Source: Bacteroidales bacterium
GTDB taxonomy: Bacteria; Bacteroidota; Bacteroidia; Bacteroidales; FEN-979
Length of the DNA: 64,000 nt
NCBI GenBank assembly: GCA_025355465.1
Contig: JANXZO010000070.1
Coordinates: 3,114 to 67,113, forward strand
Direction of reading: 5' to 3'
Part shown: positions 7,094 through 16,276 of the stretch, piece by piece
Layout: every line of letters begins with the position of its first letter
Position numbering within the stretch: the first letter of the stretch is position 1
Notes under the pieces: model-generated
Seen by the model: only the letters and a program-made list of their open reading frames with translations
Told to the model about the DNA's origin: nothing
Database searches by the model: none
Translations under genes and position numbers: made by a program

Positions 7094-9454
7094 CTATTTG
7101 ATTGTCAATCTTATTCCCGCATAGATAGTTATTCCAACCACAGGTCCCCATGCCATGGATGCATCGAAATGGGTATGGTATGGCTTCCAATATTCGGCGA
7201 TCGGATCTGTCTGACGGAAATTGGTCAGGTTTTCACCGCCGATGTAAACATCGAAGTGTTTGAATTTTTTGGTAACCTGGGCCAGCATGTTGAACCAAAC
7301 CGGCGAATATCCCGGTCTCTGCAGGAAGCCGGGCATCTTTCTGGTATCCGGGATCCTTGCCGGGCCATTGAGCTGACCTGTGAGGTCGAACTTCCACTTT
7401 TCGAATTTCGTTGAATATGCCAGTGAAAGCAAACCTTTATACTGGTTCACCATCGCTTTCTGTCTCAGCACTCCTCCTTCGGTCACCTGCACATCATTCC
7501 ATCGGAAGGCAGCGGTGATCACAAACCGGCTTACCGGCGAGAAGATTAACTGTCCCTGGATACTGTTTGCATACGAAAGTCCATTCAGATTGTAAAAGAA
7601 CAATGCGGTAGGCAGACTGTCCTGGTCGACCACTACCTGATGTACAAAGTCGGTGCGGTAGGCATCAACAGAGAACTCCGCCTTTTCGCCGAAGAGTTTG
7701 AAATTCCACGAAAAGTTCAAACCGTAGTTCCAGGCCTCTTCGTTTCCCAGATCGCCGGCAAAATAGAGTACCCGCTGGCTTACAAAGGCGGCGCTGTTCT
7801 CGGCCATCAGGTTGGGAGAACGGTAACCTTTGCCAACCGATGCACGGATGGTGGTGTTTTTTGATGGGTTTACCCTGACATGCAAACGGGGTGTAAGATA
7901 ATATCCATAAAGGTTGTTGTAATCACCCCGGACTCCTGCTATAATTGCAAATTTCTCGTGTATCTCGAAGGTATATTCTAAAAATGCACCGGCAGACCAT
8001 TCGTTACGGTCCATAATGTAGGTAAAGGATGAATCATTGACCAGCGTAAAGAGGTCGGCTGTTGTGGCTACAGCGCCCGGAGGCAGGGTTTGGTAGCGGT
8101 ATTCGAGACGGGTCTGAATAAAATTCTCACTGTAATTGTCGATGAAATAACTAGCTCCGGCCGAAATACGGTGCTTGTTATTATTGAATGAATTGGTATA
8201 AATCAGATTTGCGTTGAAATTCTGTTCATGTCCGTGGTAGAGGTTAATCCCGTAAAAGGCATCCTGCTGATGGTTGATTCCTGACAAAATGAGACCAAGG
8301 CTGGCATTCCCGCTTTTCCCGGGAAAAATACCGTTCTTCCAGAATGCTTCAATCCGGTTTGTTTTGACTCCGATACCATATTTTTTTGAGTCGTTGGTGA
8401 TGCCTGTGGTATCCGTGTTCCATGTACTTTTGTCGAACGCCATTTGTCCTCCGTTGCGATCTTCATACAAAATTTTAAATCCGAACCGTGAAACCCACTT
8501 GTTCGGAATAATGTAATCCCACCGGTTCATGGCCGTGATGGTGGTGATCTTGGGAAGGTCCATAAAACCATCCGTAGAATCGGGCTTTACAACAACATTC
8601 CGGTCCATCTTGTGCTGAAATGTTGCGGCATGCACCAGCAGGGAAGTACTTAACCTGTCGTTGATTTTTACCGCGCCATCGGCGTTGGCCTCAAATCGCA
8701 GGTTGCTGTTCCCAAATACATTCAGGAAGAATTTATGGGCAGTTTCCGGCTTTTTGTACTCGACATTGATTTGACCGGTAATGGATTCGTATCCCTGTAC
8801 TACCGAAGATGTTCCTTTGGCAATCTGAATCGACTCCATCCACGAACCCGGAATATAATTAAGTCCAAAGGGTGTGGCCAGTCCACGGATCAGTGGAACA
8901 TTCTCTGTCATGATCTGACTGTAAATACCAGACAATCCAAGTAATTGAATCTGTCTGGCGCCCGAAATCGCATCTGAGTAAGAGACATCGACGGAAGCGT
9001 TGGTTTCAAAACTTTCGGCAAGATTGCAGCAGGCCGCACGCTGCAATTCTCCCACCGAGATCACGGTAGTGGCTTGTGTGCGAAGTTTCGAGATGAAGGT
9101 ATTGTCCTGTTTACCTGTCACCTCCACCTCCTTCAGTACCTGTTTATCCGACAACAGTGCCACTTCGATCTTTGCTTTATCGCGGGTTACCGTTACAGTA
9201 TCTTTTTGATATCCCATTGAACTGAACACCAGTCTCAAGTCGCTGATACCCTGTCCGGGGATCTGGAATTTGCCATGGTCGTCGGTAAAAGTGCCGGTCT
9301 GGGTACCGATCCAGAAAACATTTACTCCCGGAAGGGTCACCTTATGCCCATGCGCATCTTTCTCATAAACAGTGCCAGTGATGGTCTGGGCCATTGACTT
9401 CATTTGCAAAAGCATTGCAAATGCGGTTATCATGATATATATCTTTGTCTTCAT
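7094..9454 (-). CDS. TonB-dependent outer-membrane receptor with CarboxypepD_reg-like N-domain
   Basis: 786-aa ORF with a signal peptide. It has an ITGTVYEKDAHGHKVTLPGVNVFW carboxypeptidase-regulatory-like domain, a plug region, a beta-barrel and an aromatic-rich C-terminus. Confidence 0.85.
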   Translation of the reverse strand: MKTKIYIMITAFAMLLQMKSMAQTITGTVYEKDAHGHKVTLPGVNVFWIGTQTGTFTDDHGKFQIPGQGISDLRLVFSSMGYQKDTVTVTRDKAKIEVALLSDKQVLKEVEVTGKQDNTFISKLRTQATTVISVGELQRAACCNLAESFETNASVDVSYSDAISGARQIQLLGLSGIYSQIMTENVPLIRGLATPFGLNYIPGSWMESIQIAKGTSSVVQGYESITGQINVEYKKPETAHKFFLNVFGNSNLRFEANADGAVKINDRLSTSLLVHAATFQHKMDRNVVVKPDSTDGFMDLPKITTITAMNRWDYIIPNKWVSRFGFKILYEDRNGGQMAFDKSTWNTDTTGITNDSKKYGIGVKTNRIEAFWKNGIFPGKSGNASLGLILSGINHQQDAFYGINLYHGHEQNFNANLIYTNSFNNNKHRISAGASYFIDNYSENFIQTRLEYRYQTLPPGAVATTADLFTLVNDSSFTYIMDRNEWSAGAFLEYTFEIHEKFAIIAGVRGDYNNLYGYYLTPRLHVRVNPSKNTTIRASVGKGYRSPNLMAENSAAFVSQRVLYFAGDLGNEEAWNYGLNFSWNFKLFGEKAEFSVDAYRTDFVHQVVVDQDSLPTALFFYNLNGLSYANSIQGQLIFSPVSRFVITAAFRWNDVQVTEGGVLRQKAMVNQYKGLLSLAYSTKFEKWKFDLTGQLNGPARIPDTRKMPGFLQRPGYSPVWFNMLAQVTKKFKHFDVYIGGENLTNFRQTDPIAEYWKPYHTHFDASMAWGPVVGITIYAGIRLTIK

Positions 9455-9522
9455 CCTTATTTAGGTGAATAAGCTTAATAACTAAAAAAATTGGGAAATG
9501 ACGTTAACGTCGCCGTGGCATC

Positions 9523-9978
9523 TTATGCCAGGAATGAATCAGAGGGAACTTTGATCTGGTGAAGAAAGTGCAGCAATCTTCGCCCAAATGGAGGCGGAGG
9601 ATAAAATTCGAGTCCATGGCTCGTGGCAGATAATTCAGATTTATCCGAAACAGGCTCATTCTGCAGCGAAAGACAAGGTTCAACAGTTGCTTCAGGGGAA
9701 ACTGTGATGGTGTTCACTGAGGGAATATACCTGCTGAAAAGTTTAATTATTGTAGTGGCGCTTTTGCAGCAGGAGGCCGTGTCGACCTCCGTTGAGTTGT
9801 CGGTATCGGATGTACTACTACAGCAGCAGGAAACGGCGCTTTTGAACAAGCCGGGGTAAACAATGGTTTTGTTGATCTTGCTGGAGGAACAGGTATGCGA
9901 GTAAAAGGAGATCCCGGTCGACCCTAAAAGATAGATCAGGGTAACTAAAATTGCGCCGGTTTTCTTCAAAATCTTCAT
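9523..9978 (-). CDS. small membrane-anchored Cys-rich protein (HYC_CC_PP-like)
   Basis: 151-aa ORF with an N-terminal TM helix followed by the motifs FYSHTC, SCCCSS, ASCCKS and YPPPPF. The order (His-x-Cys, Cys-Cys, Pro-Pro) matches my recollection of the Bacteroidota HYC_CC_PP small-protein family. Confidence 0.5.
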   Translation of the reverse strand: MKILKKTGAILVTLIYLLGSTGISFYSHTCSSSKINKTIVYPGLFKSAVSCCCSSTSDTDNSTEVDTASCCKSATTIIKLFSRYIPSVNTITVSPEATVEPCLSLQNEPVSDKSELSATSHGLEFYPPPPFGRRLLHFLHQIKVPSDSFLA

Positions 9979-9993
9979 AGGGTAATAACCTTA

Positions 9994-10001
9994 CAAAGGT
10001 A
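9994..10001 (-). promoter_or_regulatory. Bacteroidota -7 promoter motif
   Basis: The minus strand reads TACCTTTG, 15 nt upstream of the ATG at 9978. Confidence 0.45.
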
Positions 10002-10056
10002 CGGAAAAAATTTTATCGGAGTGGCCTTCTGATAGGAAATGGCTAAAAATCTTTCT

Positions 10057-10064
10057 TACCTTTG
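10057..10064 (+). promoter_or_regulatory. Bacteroidota -7 promoter motif
   Basis: TACCTTTG lies 32 nt upstream of the ATG at 10097. It is divergent from the identical motif at 9994-10001. Confidence 0.45.
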
Positions 10065-10096
10065 TCTCAGGTAAATAAAATCCACTTAACCACAAG

Positions 10097-13000
10097 ATGA
10101 AAATGAAAAAAATCATTCCTCTTTGCTTATTTTCTGTTGCATTGTTCTTCTCGTGCAATATTCTTTTTGCACAGAAAGCAACAGTTATTGCACCTCCCAA
10201 ATATCAGCCCGACACCCGGATTGACAACATGGGATATTGGCGTATGTGTGCCGAACTGGGCCTTGTACCCGTCCAGCCTTTGGTAAGGATTCCACAGGCT
10301 ATCTGGACCGGCAGCAAGTTGATCACCCAGGGTACCGGTGTGGTCGATTCGCCCGACGTATGTATTACAACCGAACCATCCAATTCCACCCAGAGTGAAA
10401 ATTCTATGGTGATAGACCCATCAGCGGGAGGTATTCTGGTTAATTCAAACAACTCAACGCCGCAACCAAGCAATGGTACAGTAAAGGGTGCCGACTGGTT
10501 TAAATCAACCGATCAAAGCCAGACATGGACTGGTTCAGTGGAAGGTGCCGGCGGCAGCAATTCAGGCGACCCGGCAGCAGTAATAAACCTCAACGGCAGG
10601 TTATTTGTCGGGTATATCGATAATGCCAGCGGACAGAGCGTTTCCTATTCAGATAACCAGGGAACATCCTGGACCGTATCAAAAGTAGCCAACAAACCTT
10701 CGGGGTTTAGCAACATGCTGGATAAAAATCATTTATGGGTTGACGTGAGCCCTGCCAGTCCCTATAAAGGAAATCTTTACGATGCCTATACTCCTTTCGG
10801 AGGATCGAACGACAGTCAGATTGAAGTATCCAGATCAATCACCAACGGATCAACCTGGGAAACAGGCATCAACGTATCGAGTGCCGTGAATGCCGGCAGC
10901 CATTGTCAGGGCGTGAACATGAAAACCGGTCCTGACGGAGAAGCCTATGCCGCATTTGCAATTTATGACAGTTGGCCAAGCGATGAAAAAGCAATTGGGT
11001 TTGCGAAATCGCTCGATGGTGGGATTACCTGGTTACCGGCCATCCGCGCCATCAACAACATCCGTGGAATACGCACCACCGGAGTAACTCAAAACATGCG
11101 GGTAAACTCATTTCCCTGTATGGCAGTCGACCTGAGCAATGGTCCGAACCGGGGAGCTATTTATATTGTATGGGCCAACATCGGGGTTCCGGGAGTCAAC
11201 ACAGGGTCGGGATGTGATGTTTACATGATTAAATCGACAGACAAAGGTGCCACCTGGTCAACTGCATTAAAGATCAACACCGACAACAGTACCGGTAAAC
11301 AGCATTATATGCCCTGGATCACCTGCGACCAGGCCAACGGCACGTTAAGCATTGTTTTCTATGACAACCGGAACGCCTCTTCATCACAGGCTGAAGCCTG
11401 GATGGCCTGGTCACTCAACGGTGGAACTACCTGGTCGGACATGAAAGTTAGCGATGTCACCTTCACTCCTTCTCCTATCCCGGCGATGGCATCACAATAT
11501 ATGGGCGACTACCTGGCCATTGCTGCCTTTGGAGGCATGACCTATCCCGCATGGACCGATACCCGCTCCGGACATTGTCTTACCTACTGTTCACCCATCA
11601 GCCTCATTCAGCCTGCTGCAAAAGTTATTTACCAGGCTAACATTCTGAACGATACGACCTATGGAAACAGTAATGGTCTCATGGATTTCAATGAGCACGA
11701 ACTGCTCGGACTAAGAATGAAGAATTCCGGCGATGCAACTGCAGATAGTGTAAGTATCACCCTGTCGACCGATTCACCCTACATAACCATGATCGATTCC
11801 ACTGAGTTTTACGGCAGCTTTGCACCCGCACAGTCAAAAACCATTTTCAGCGGATTTGAATTTCAGGTCGCAGATACTATCCCTGACAGTCAGCTGATTA
11901 CATTTACGGTGAAATCTGTTGACAAGAAGGACAGTGTTACCTACAGTACTTTCCAGATGCTATCGCATGCACCGGCGGTAACATTTATGAGCTACAGCGT
12001 TTCCCATGCCTCAGGAACGACGGACGGACATCTTGTTCCGGGCGAAACAGCCAGTGTAAACACCGTTATTAAAAACACAGGCCTGTATGCTGCCCAAAAC
12101 GTGGTAAGTGTTCTGAGCTGCAGTAATTCCTATGTCACAATCAACCTTAACAGCTTTGACATTGGCACGCTTCAGCCGGGTGAATCGAGAACTGTTGTAT
12201 TCCCGGTCACTGTAAACAGTCATGCCGCCCTGGGTTCAGGGGCCGGCTTTCACAATCTGGTGACCACCTCGCTGCGTAACACCGTAAAGGATTTTGTTCT
12301 CCCTGTCGGCTTGATCGTAGAAGACTGGGAAACCGGGAACTTCAGCAAATTCCCCTGGGTAGCCACCGGGAATCTGCCCTGGACCATCGACAACACGGTA
12401 AAGTATGAAGGCATCTATTCTGCCAAATCCGGAGCCATCACACACAGCCAGACCAGCGGATTCACCATCGATTATAATGTGATGTACGATGATACCATCT
12501 CCTTTTTCAGAAAAATATCAGCTGAGGCTTTTAACGACAAACTGAAGTTCTATATCGACGGCATGATGGTTGGCCAGTGGGCAGGTACTTCTGACTGGAA
12601 GCATGTCAGCTACCCGGTAGTTGCCGGACCTCATAACTTCAAATGGAGCTACGAAAAGGATGCATCCGGAAGTATGGGACAGGATGCTGCATGGGTCGAT
12701 TTCATCGTTTTGCCTCCGCAGTATAAAACAACTGCCTATGCCGGCGACAACAGTACGGTTTGCAGCGGCAGTGTTTTTCAGCTGCATGGAATGGCCGTCA
12801 GCTACGATTCCCTCAGCTGGAATACCAGCGGCACCGGAACCTTTTCCGATTCGCATATTCTCGATCCGGTTTATACCCCCGGCACCCAGGATATAACCGC
12901 CGGAACGGTTAGCCTGACGCTTCATGCCTTTGGGGCCAATGGCGCTGACACCACCTCCACCATGACCCTTGGGATCATTATCTCCCCGGCTGTTTCGGCA

Positions 13001-13762
13001 GGTGCAGCAGCAAATATCTGCTCGGGAAGCAGCTTCACCCCAAATGATGCCACTGCGGCCAATTATGTAACCCTTCACTGGACTACCAGCGGCGACGGCA
13101 CATTCAGCGATGCAACCGCCCTTAAGCCTGTTTATACACCCGGACCTCTGGATAAAATCTCCCAGTCTGTGAAACTAAAACTGACAGCAACATCAGCAAG
13201 TAGCAGTTGCCCCGGGGCAGTTGATTCACTCATGCTTGGTATCCGTGCACTTCCTGTGGTAAACCTGGGCAAAGACACAGCGGTTTGTGCCGGTAAGGTC
13301 GTCACCCTGAACGCTACCACACCGAATGCTACGGCATACCTTTGGGTTCCGTCCGGAAAGACCACTGCTACGATCCAGGTTGACTCAACAGGTATCGGCT
13401 TCGGTTCACAGAAGATCCGTGTTATGGTGTCGGATAACAATAACTGCGTAGGTAACGACTCAGTGACGGTTACCTTTAAGAACTGCACCGGGATTCAGGA
13501 GATAGAAGGCATGTCGGTTCGGATCTACCCAAATCCCGGCAATGGAAACTTTGCTGTTGAATTAAAAGCAGGCAAACAGGAGGTGGTAAACATCCGACTG
13601 CTTGGAACAAGGGGAGAGGTTGTATTTTCACGTAACAACATTGAAGTAAACGGAACAACCACCGAAAGAGTCAATGTTTCTGAACTGACACAGGGAAGTT
13701 ACCTGATGGAGATTTACAACAATTCCGGAAAACTGATCCGTAAAGTCGTTATACAGAAGTAA
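10097..13762 (+). CDS. large T9SS-secreted BNR/sialidase-fold repeat protein
   Basis: 1221-aa ORF with a signal peptide. Six Asp-box/BNR motifs are present (STDQSQTW, SDNQGTSW, SLDGGITW, STDKGATW, SLNGGTTW, ITNGSTW). It also has a jelly-roll-like domain (EDWETGNFSKFPW...), three tandem ~80-aa repeats and a T9SS C-terminal domain (VRIYPNPGNGNFAVEL...YLMEIYN). Confidence 0.8.
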   Translation: MKMKKIIPLCLFSVALFFSCNILFAQKATVIAPPKYQPDTRIDNMGYWRMCAELGLVPVQPLVRIPQAIWTGSKLITQGTGVVDSPDVCITTEPSNSTQSENSMVIDPSAGGILVNSNNSTPQPSNGTVKGADWFKSTDQSQTWTGSVEGAGGSNSGDPAAVINLNGRLFVGYIDNASGQSVSYSDNQGTSWTVSKVANKPSGFSNMLDKNHLWVDVSPASPYKGNLYDAYTPFGGSNDSQIEVSRSITNGSTWETGINVSSAVNAGSHCQGVNMKTGPDGEAYAAFAIYDSWPSDEKAIGFAKSLDGGITWLPAIRAINNIRGIRTTGVTQNMRVNSFPCMAVDLSNGPNRGAIYIVWANIGVPGVNTGSGCDVYMIKSTDKGATWSTALKINTDNSTGKQHYMPWITCDQANGTLSIVFYDNRNASSSQAEAWMAWSLNGGTTWSDMKVSDVTFTPSPIPAMASQYMGDYLAIAAFGGMTYPAWTDTRSGHCLTYCSPISLIQPAAKVIYQANILNDTTYGNSNGLMDFNEHELLGLRMKNSGDATADSVSITLSTDSPYITMIDSTEFYGSFAPAQSKTIFSGFEFQVADTIPDSQLITFTVKSVDKKDSVTYSTFQMLSHAPAVTFMSYSVSHASGTTDGHLVPGETASVNTVIKNTGLYAAQNVVSVLSCSNSYVTINLNSFDIGTLQPGESRTVVFPVTVNSHAALGSGAGFHNLVTTSLRNTVKDFVLPVGLIVEDWETGNFSKFPWVATGNLPWTIDNTVKYEGIYSAKSGAITHSQTSGFTIDYNVMYDDTISFFRKISAEAFNDKLKFYIDGMMVGQWAGTSDWKHVSYPVVAGPHNFKWSYEKDASGSMGQDAAWVDFIVLPPQYKTTAYAGDNSTVCSGSVFQLHGMAVSYDSLSWNTSGTGTFSDSHILDPVYTPGTQDITAGTVSLTLHAFGANGADTTSTMTLGIIISPAVSAGAAANICSGSSFTPNDATAANYVTLHWTTSGDGTFSDATALKPVYTPGPLDKISQSVKLKLTATSASSSCPGAVDSLMLGIRALPVVNLGKDTAVCAGKVVTLNATTPNATAYLWVPSGKTTATIQVDSTGIGFGSQKIRVMVSDNNNCVGNDSVTVTFKNCTGIQEIEGMSVRIYPNPGNGNFAVELKAGKQEVVNIRLLGTRGEVVFSRNNIEVNGTTTERVNVSELTQGSYLMEIYNNSGKLIRKVVIQK

Positions 13763-13798
13763 TTTAAACTTCGCCTGACCGGCGGCCAATCTATAACC

Positions 13799-16072
13799 AT
13801 GAACAAGCTGACCTTACTGACACTGGCATTAATGATATTTGCAGGTTTCTCCTGCAACCGCAAAGTTGAAACCGAAACTGTTTCCCTTGAAACGGGATGG
13901 AAATTCAAAACCGGCGATGATCTATCATGGGCTTCGCCGGAATTTAATGACAGTCAGTGGGATACAATTAACCCAGACAAACACTGGGAGGAGCAGGGTT
14001 ATAATTTGGTAGATGGTTTTGCCTGGTACCGTATTAAGATGATCATTCCGTCTTCGCTTATAAATCAAGCTTTTATCAAAGACAGCCTGCAGTTCCTGCT
14101 TGGCCGTATTGATGACTGTGACCAGGTATTCCTGAACGGGGAACTTATTGGCGAGAACGGGAGAACCATTTATAATAAAACTTCACCCAATCCTGAGTTC
14201 TTTAAAGAGCGTAGTTGTTGGCGTGAGAAGCGCAGGTATCTGCTTGCATCCGGCGATCAGAGAATTCATTGGGATAAGGAAAACGTGCTTGCCGTCAGGG
14301 TCTTCGACCAGGGTGGTGCAGGGGGCATGTTTTCCTCACCCTTTTTAATTTCGATGACAGGGCTTCAGGATCATGTTTTATATGATTTTTCCGGTTCGGC
14401 TTTTACATTTGAAGGAGATAGTGTGATCGGGAAAAAATTTGTGTTGCAGAACCTGTCAGGCAATGAGGAGTTCAAAGGCAAGCTGGATATCAGCGCCTAC
14501 AGTTCCGAGAAAGGCAACCTCCTGTGGTCGGAAAGCTGGCCGGTAAACCTGCAGCCAAAAATGAAACAGGAAATTGCCATTTCGATCAAGATGGACATTA
14601 CACGGCCATCGATACTTAAACTTGCATTTCACGAAACGAATACCGGGGATGTGCTGGTCAAGGAGATGGAGATTCCCTATATCCAAACACCGCCGGCACC
14701 TTCCGAGCCGCGCATCAACGGTGCCAAGGTTTTCGGCGTACGGCCGCATGCCCCTTTCCTGTTTAAGGTACCAGCTACCGGCAAACCTCCGCTGAAATAT
14801 TCTGCTTCCAACCTGCCGCAAGGCTTATCCATTAACAATGAAACCGGGATTATCACGGGATCAATAAGCAAAAAGGGCGAATATACAGTGAAGCTGAAAG
14901 TGGTGAATTCGCTGGCTTCCACCGAGAAGGAGTTCCGAATCGTTGTGGGCGACCTTATTTCACTCACCCCACCGCTTGGCTGGAACAGCTGGAATTGCTG
15001 GGGACTTAGTGTCAGTGACAAAAAAGTACGCGAGTCGGCCAGCCAGATGAAATCAAGCGGCCTCATCGACCATGGCTGGACATATGTCAATATAGACGAT
15101 GGGTGGGAAGACAAACATGACAAAGACGGGAACATCCTGCCGAATGCAAAATTTCCGAACATGAAGGCGCTCAGCGACTATGTTCACTCACTCGGACTCA
15201 AGATCGGCATTTACTCCTCTCCCGGGCCAAAAACCTGCGGTGGTTATGAGGGCAGCTACACATTTGAAGAGAAAGATGCCCGGGCTTATGCAAGTTGGGG
15301 TATTGATTATCTCAAATATGACTGGTGTTCCTACTGGAATATCGCTCCAAATCCTACTCCTGATCAACTTAAATTTCCATACCGTGAAATGCACAGGGCC
15401 TTAAGAAAAACAGGGCGCGACATTCATTACAGCCTTTGCCAGTATGGGATGGGTGAGGTGTGGACCTGGGGTGCCGAGGTGGGCGGCAATTCGTGGAGAA
15501 CAACCGGAGATATTGAAGATACATGGGAAAGTTTGTCATCCATTGGCTTTAGCCAGAACAAATCGGCGCTTTATTCGGCACCCGGCCATTGGAATGACCC
15601 GGATATGCTTGTTGTTGGCTGGGTGGGCTGGGGGCCTGCCCTTCATTATACGAATCTCACACCGAATGAGCAGTACACGCACATCACCCTCTGGAGCCTG
15701 CTGGCTTCACCGCTGCTCATTGGTTGCGATCTGAGCCAGCTCGATCCTTTCACCCTCAACCTGCTCACCAACGATGAAGTTCTGGCTGTAAACCAGGATC
15801 CGTTGGGACAGCAGGCGGTGCAGGTTAAGCAAACGGAGACCTATGAAATATGGGCCCGTGACCTTGAAGACGGGACCAAAGCCGTGGGGTTGTTCAACAA
15901 AACGGAGAAACCACTTTATGTTCCCGTTGAAATGGCCGACCTTCTGCTGGGGGGAAAATGTTCCCTTCGTGATCTATGGCGTCAATCTGATCTTGGGTGG
16001 GTCAAATCGCACTTCGAGATGCGCACCGAACCTCACGGAGCCAGAATGATCCTGCTCGGTCGCCAGAAATAA
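13799..16072 (+). CDS. GH27 alpha-galactosidase / alpha-N-acetylgalactosaminidase with N-terminal sugar-binding and Ig-like domains
   Basis: 757-aa ORF. GH27 motifs are present: PPLGWNSWNCWG, YVNIDDGW, IDYLKYDWC and WNDPDML. The N-terminal galactose-binding-like region contains WDTINPDKHWEEQGY. Confidence 0.85.
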   Translation: MNKLTLLTLALMIFAGFSCNRKVETETVSLETGWKFKTGDDLSWASPEFNDSQWDTINPDKHWEEQGYNLVDGFAWYRIKMIIPSSLINQAFIKDSLQFLLGRIDDCDQVFLNGELIGENGRTIYNKTSPNPEFFKERSCWREKRRYLLASGDQRIHWDKENVLAVRVFDQGGAGGMFSSPFLISMTGLQDHVLYDFSGSAFTFEGDSVIGKKFVLQNLSGNEEFKGKLDISAYSSEKGNLLWSESWPVNLQPKMKQEIAISIKMDITRPSILKLAFHETNTGDVLVKEMEIPYIQTPPAPSEPRINGAKVFGVRPHAPFLFKVPATGKPPLKYSASNLPQGLSINNETGIITGSISKKGEYTVKLKVVNSLASTEKEFRIVVGDLISLTPPLGWNSWNCWGLSVSDKKVRESASQMKSSGLIDHGWTYVNIDDGWEDKHDKDGNILPNAKFPNMKALSDYVHSLGLKIGIYSSPGPKTCGGYEGSYTFEEKDARAYASWGIDYLKYDWCSYWNIAPNPTPDQLKFPYREMHRALRKTGRDIHYSLCQYGMGEVWTWGAEVGGNSWRTTGDIEDTWESLSSIGFSQNKSALYSAPGHWNDPDMLVVGWVGWGPALHYTNLTPNEQYTHITLWSLLASPLLIGCDLSQLDPFTLNLLTNDEVLAVNQDPLGQQAVQVKQTETYEIWARDLEDGTKAVGLFNKTEKPLYVPVEMADLLLGGKCSLRDLWRQSDLGWVKSHFEMRTEPHGARMILLGRQK

Positions 16073-16190
16073 ATCTTAAATATTCCGGACATCTTCATGT
16101 TATTTAATTAACAGGAGGCTTGATTTTTTCAGCAATCCCCTCATTAGAAAATATTTTGGGAGGTGGGCGATTCCTATTTATTTAAATTAT

Positions 16191-16198
16191 TAGCTTTG
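16191..16198 (+). promoter_or_regulatory. Bacteroidota -7 promoter motif
   Basis: TAGCTTTG lies 78 nt upstream of the maeB ATG. A 6-bp hairpin (TACCCG/CGGGTA, 16214-16243) sits in the leader. Confidence 0.4.
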
Positions 16199-16276
16199 TA
16201 CAAAATATAACACTACCCGTATCTTTATCACTATTTGCGGGTATCTGCGTGAAAACACCAACTAAAACATATCGCC

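Noticed and set aside
16073-16276. 204-nt intergenic region upstream of maeB examined for a tRNA, small RNA or terminator
   Set aside because: There is no cloverleaf-compatible sequence (no GTTCGA-type T-arm), and no convincing GC-rich hairpin with a U-tract after the GH27 gene. Only a promoter motif and a weak 6-bp leader hairpin could be supported.
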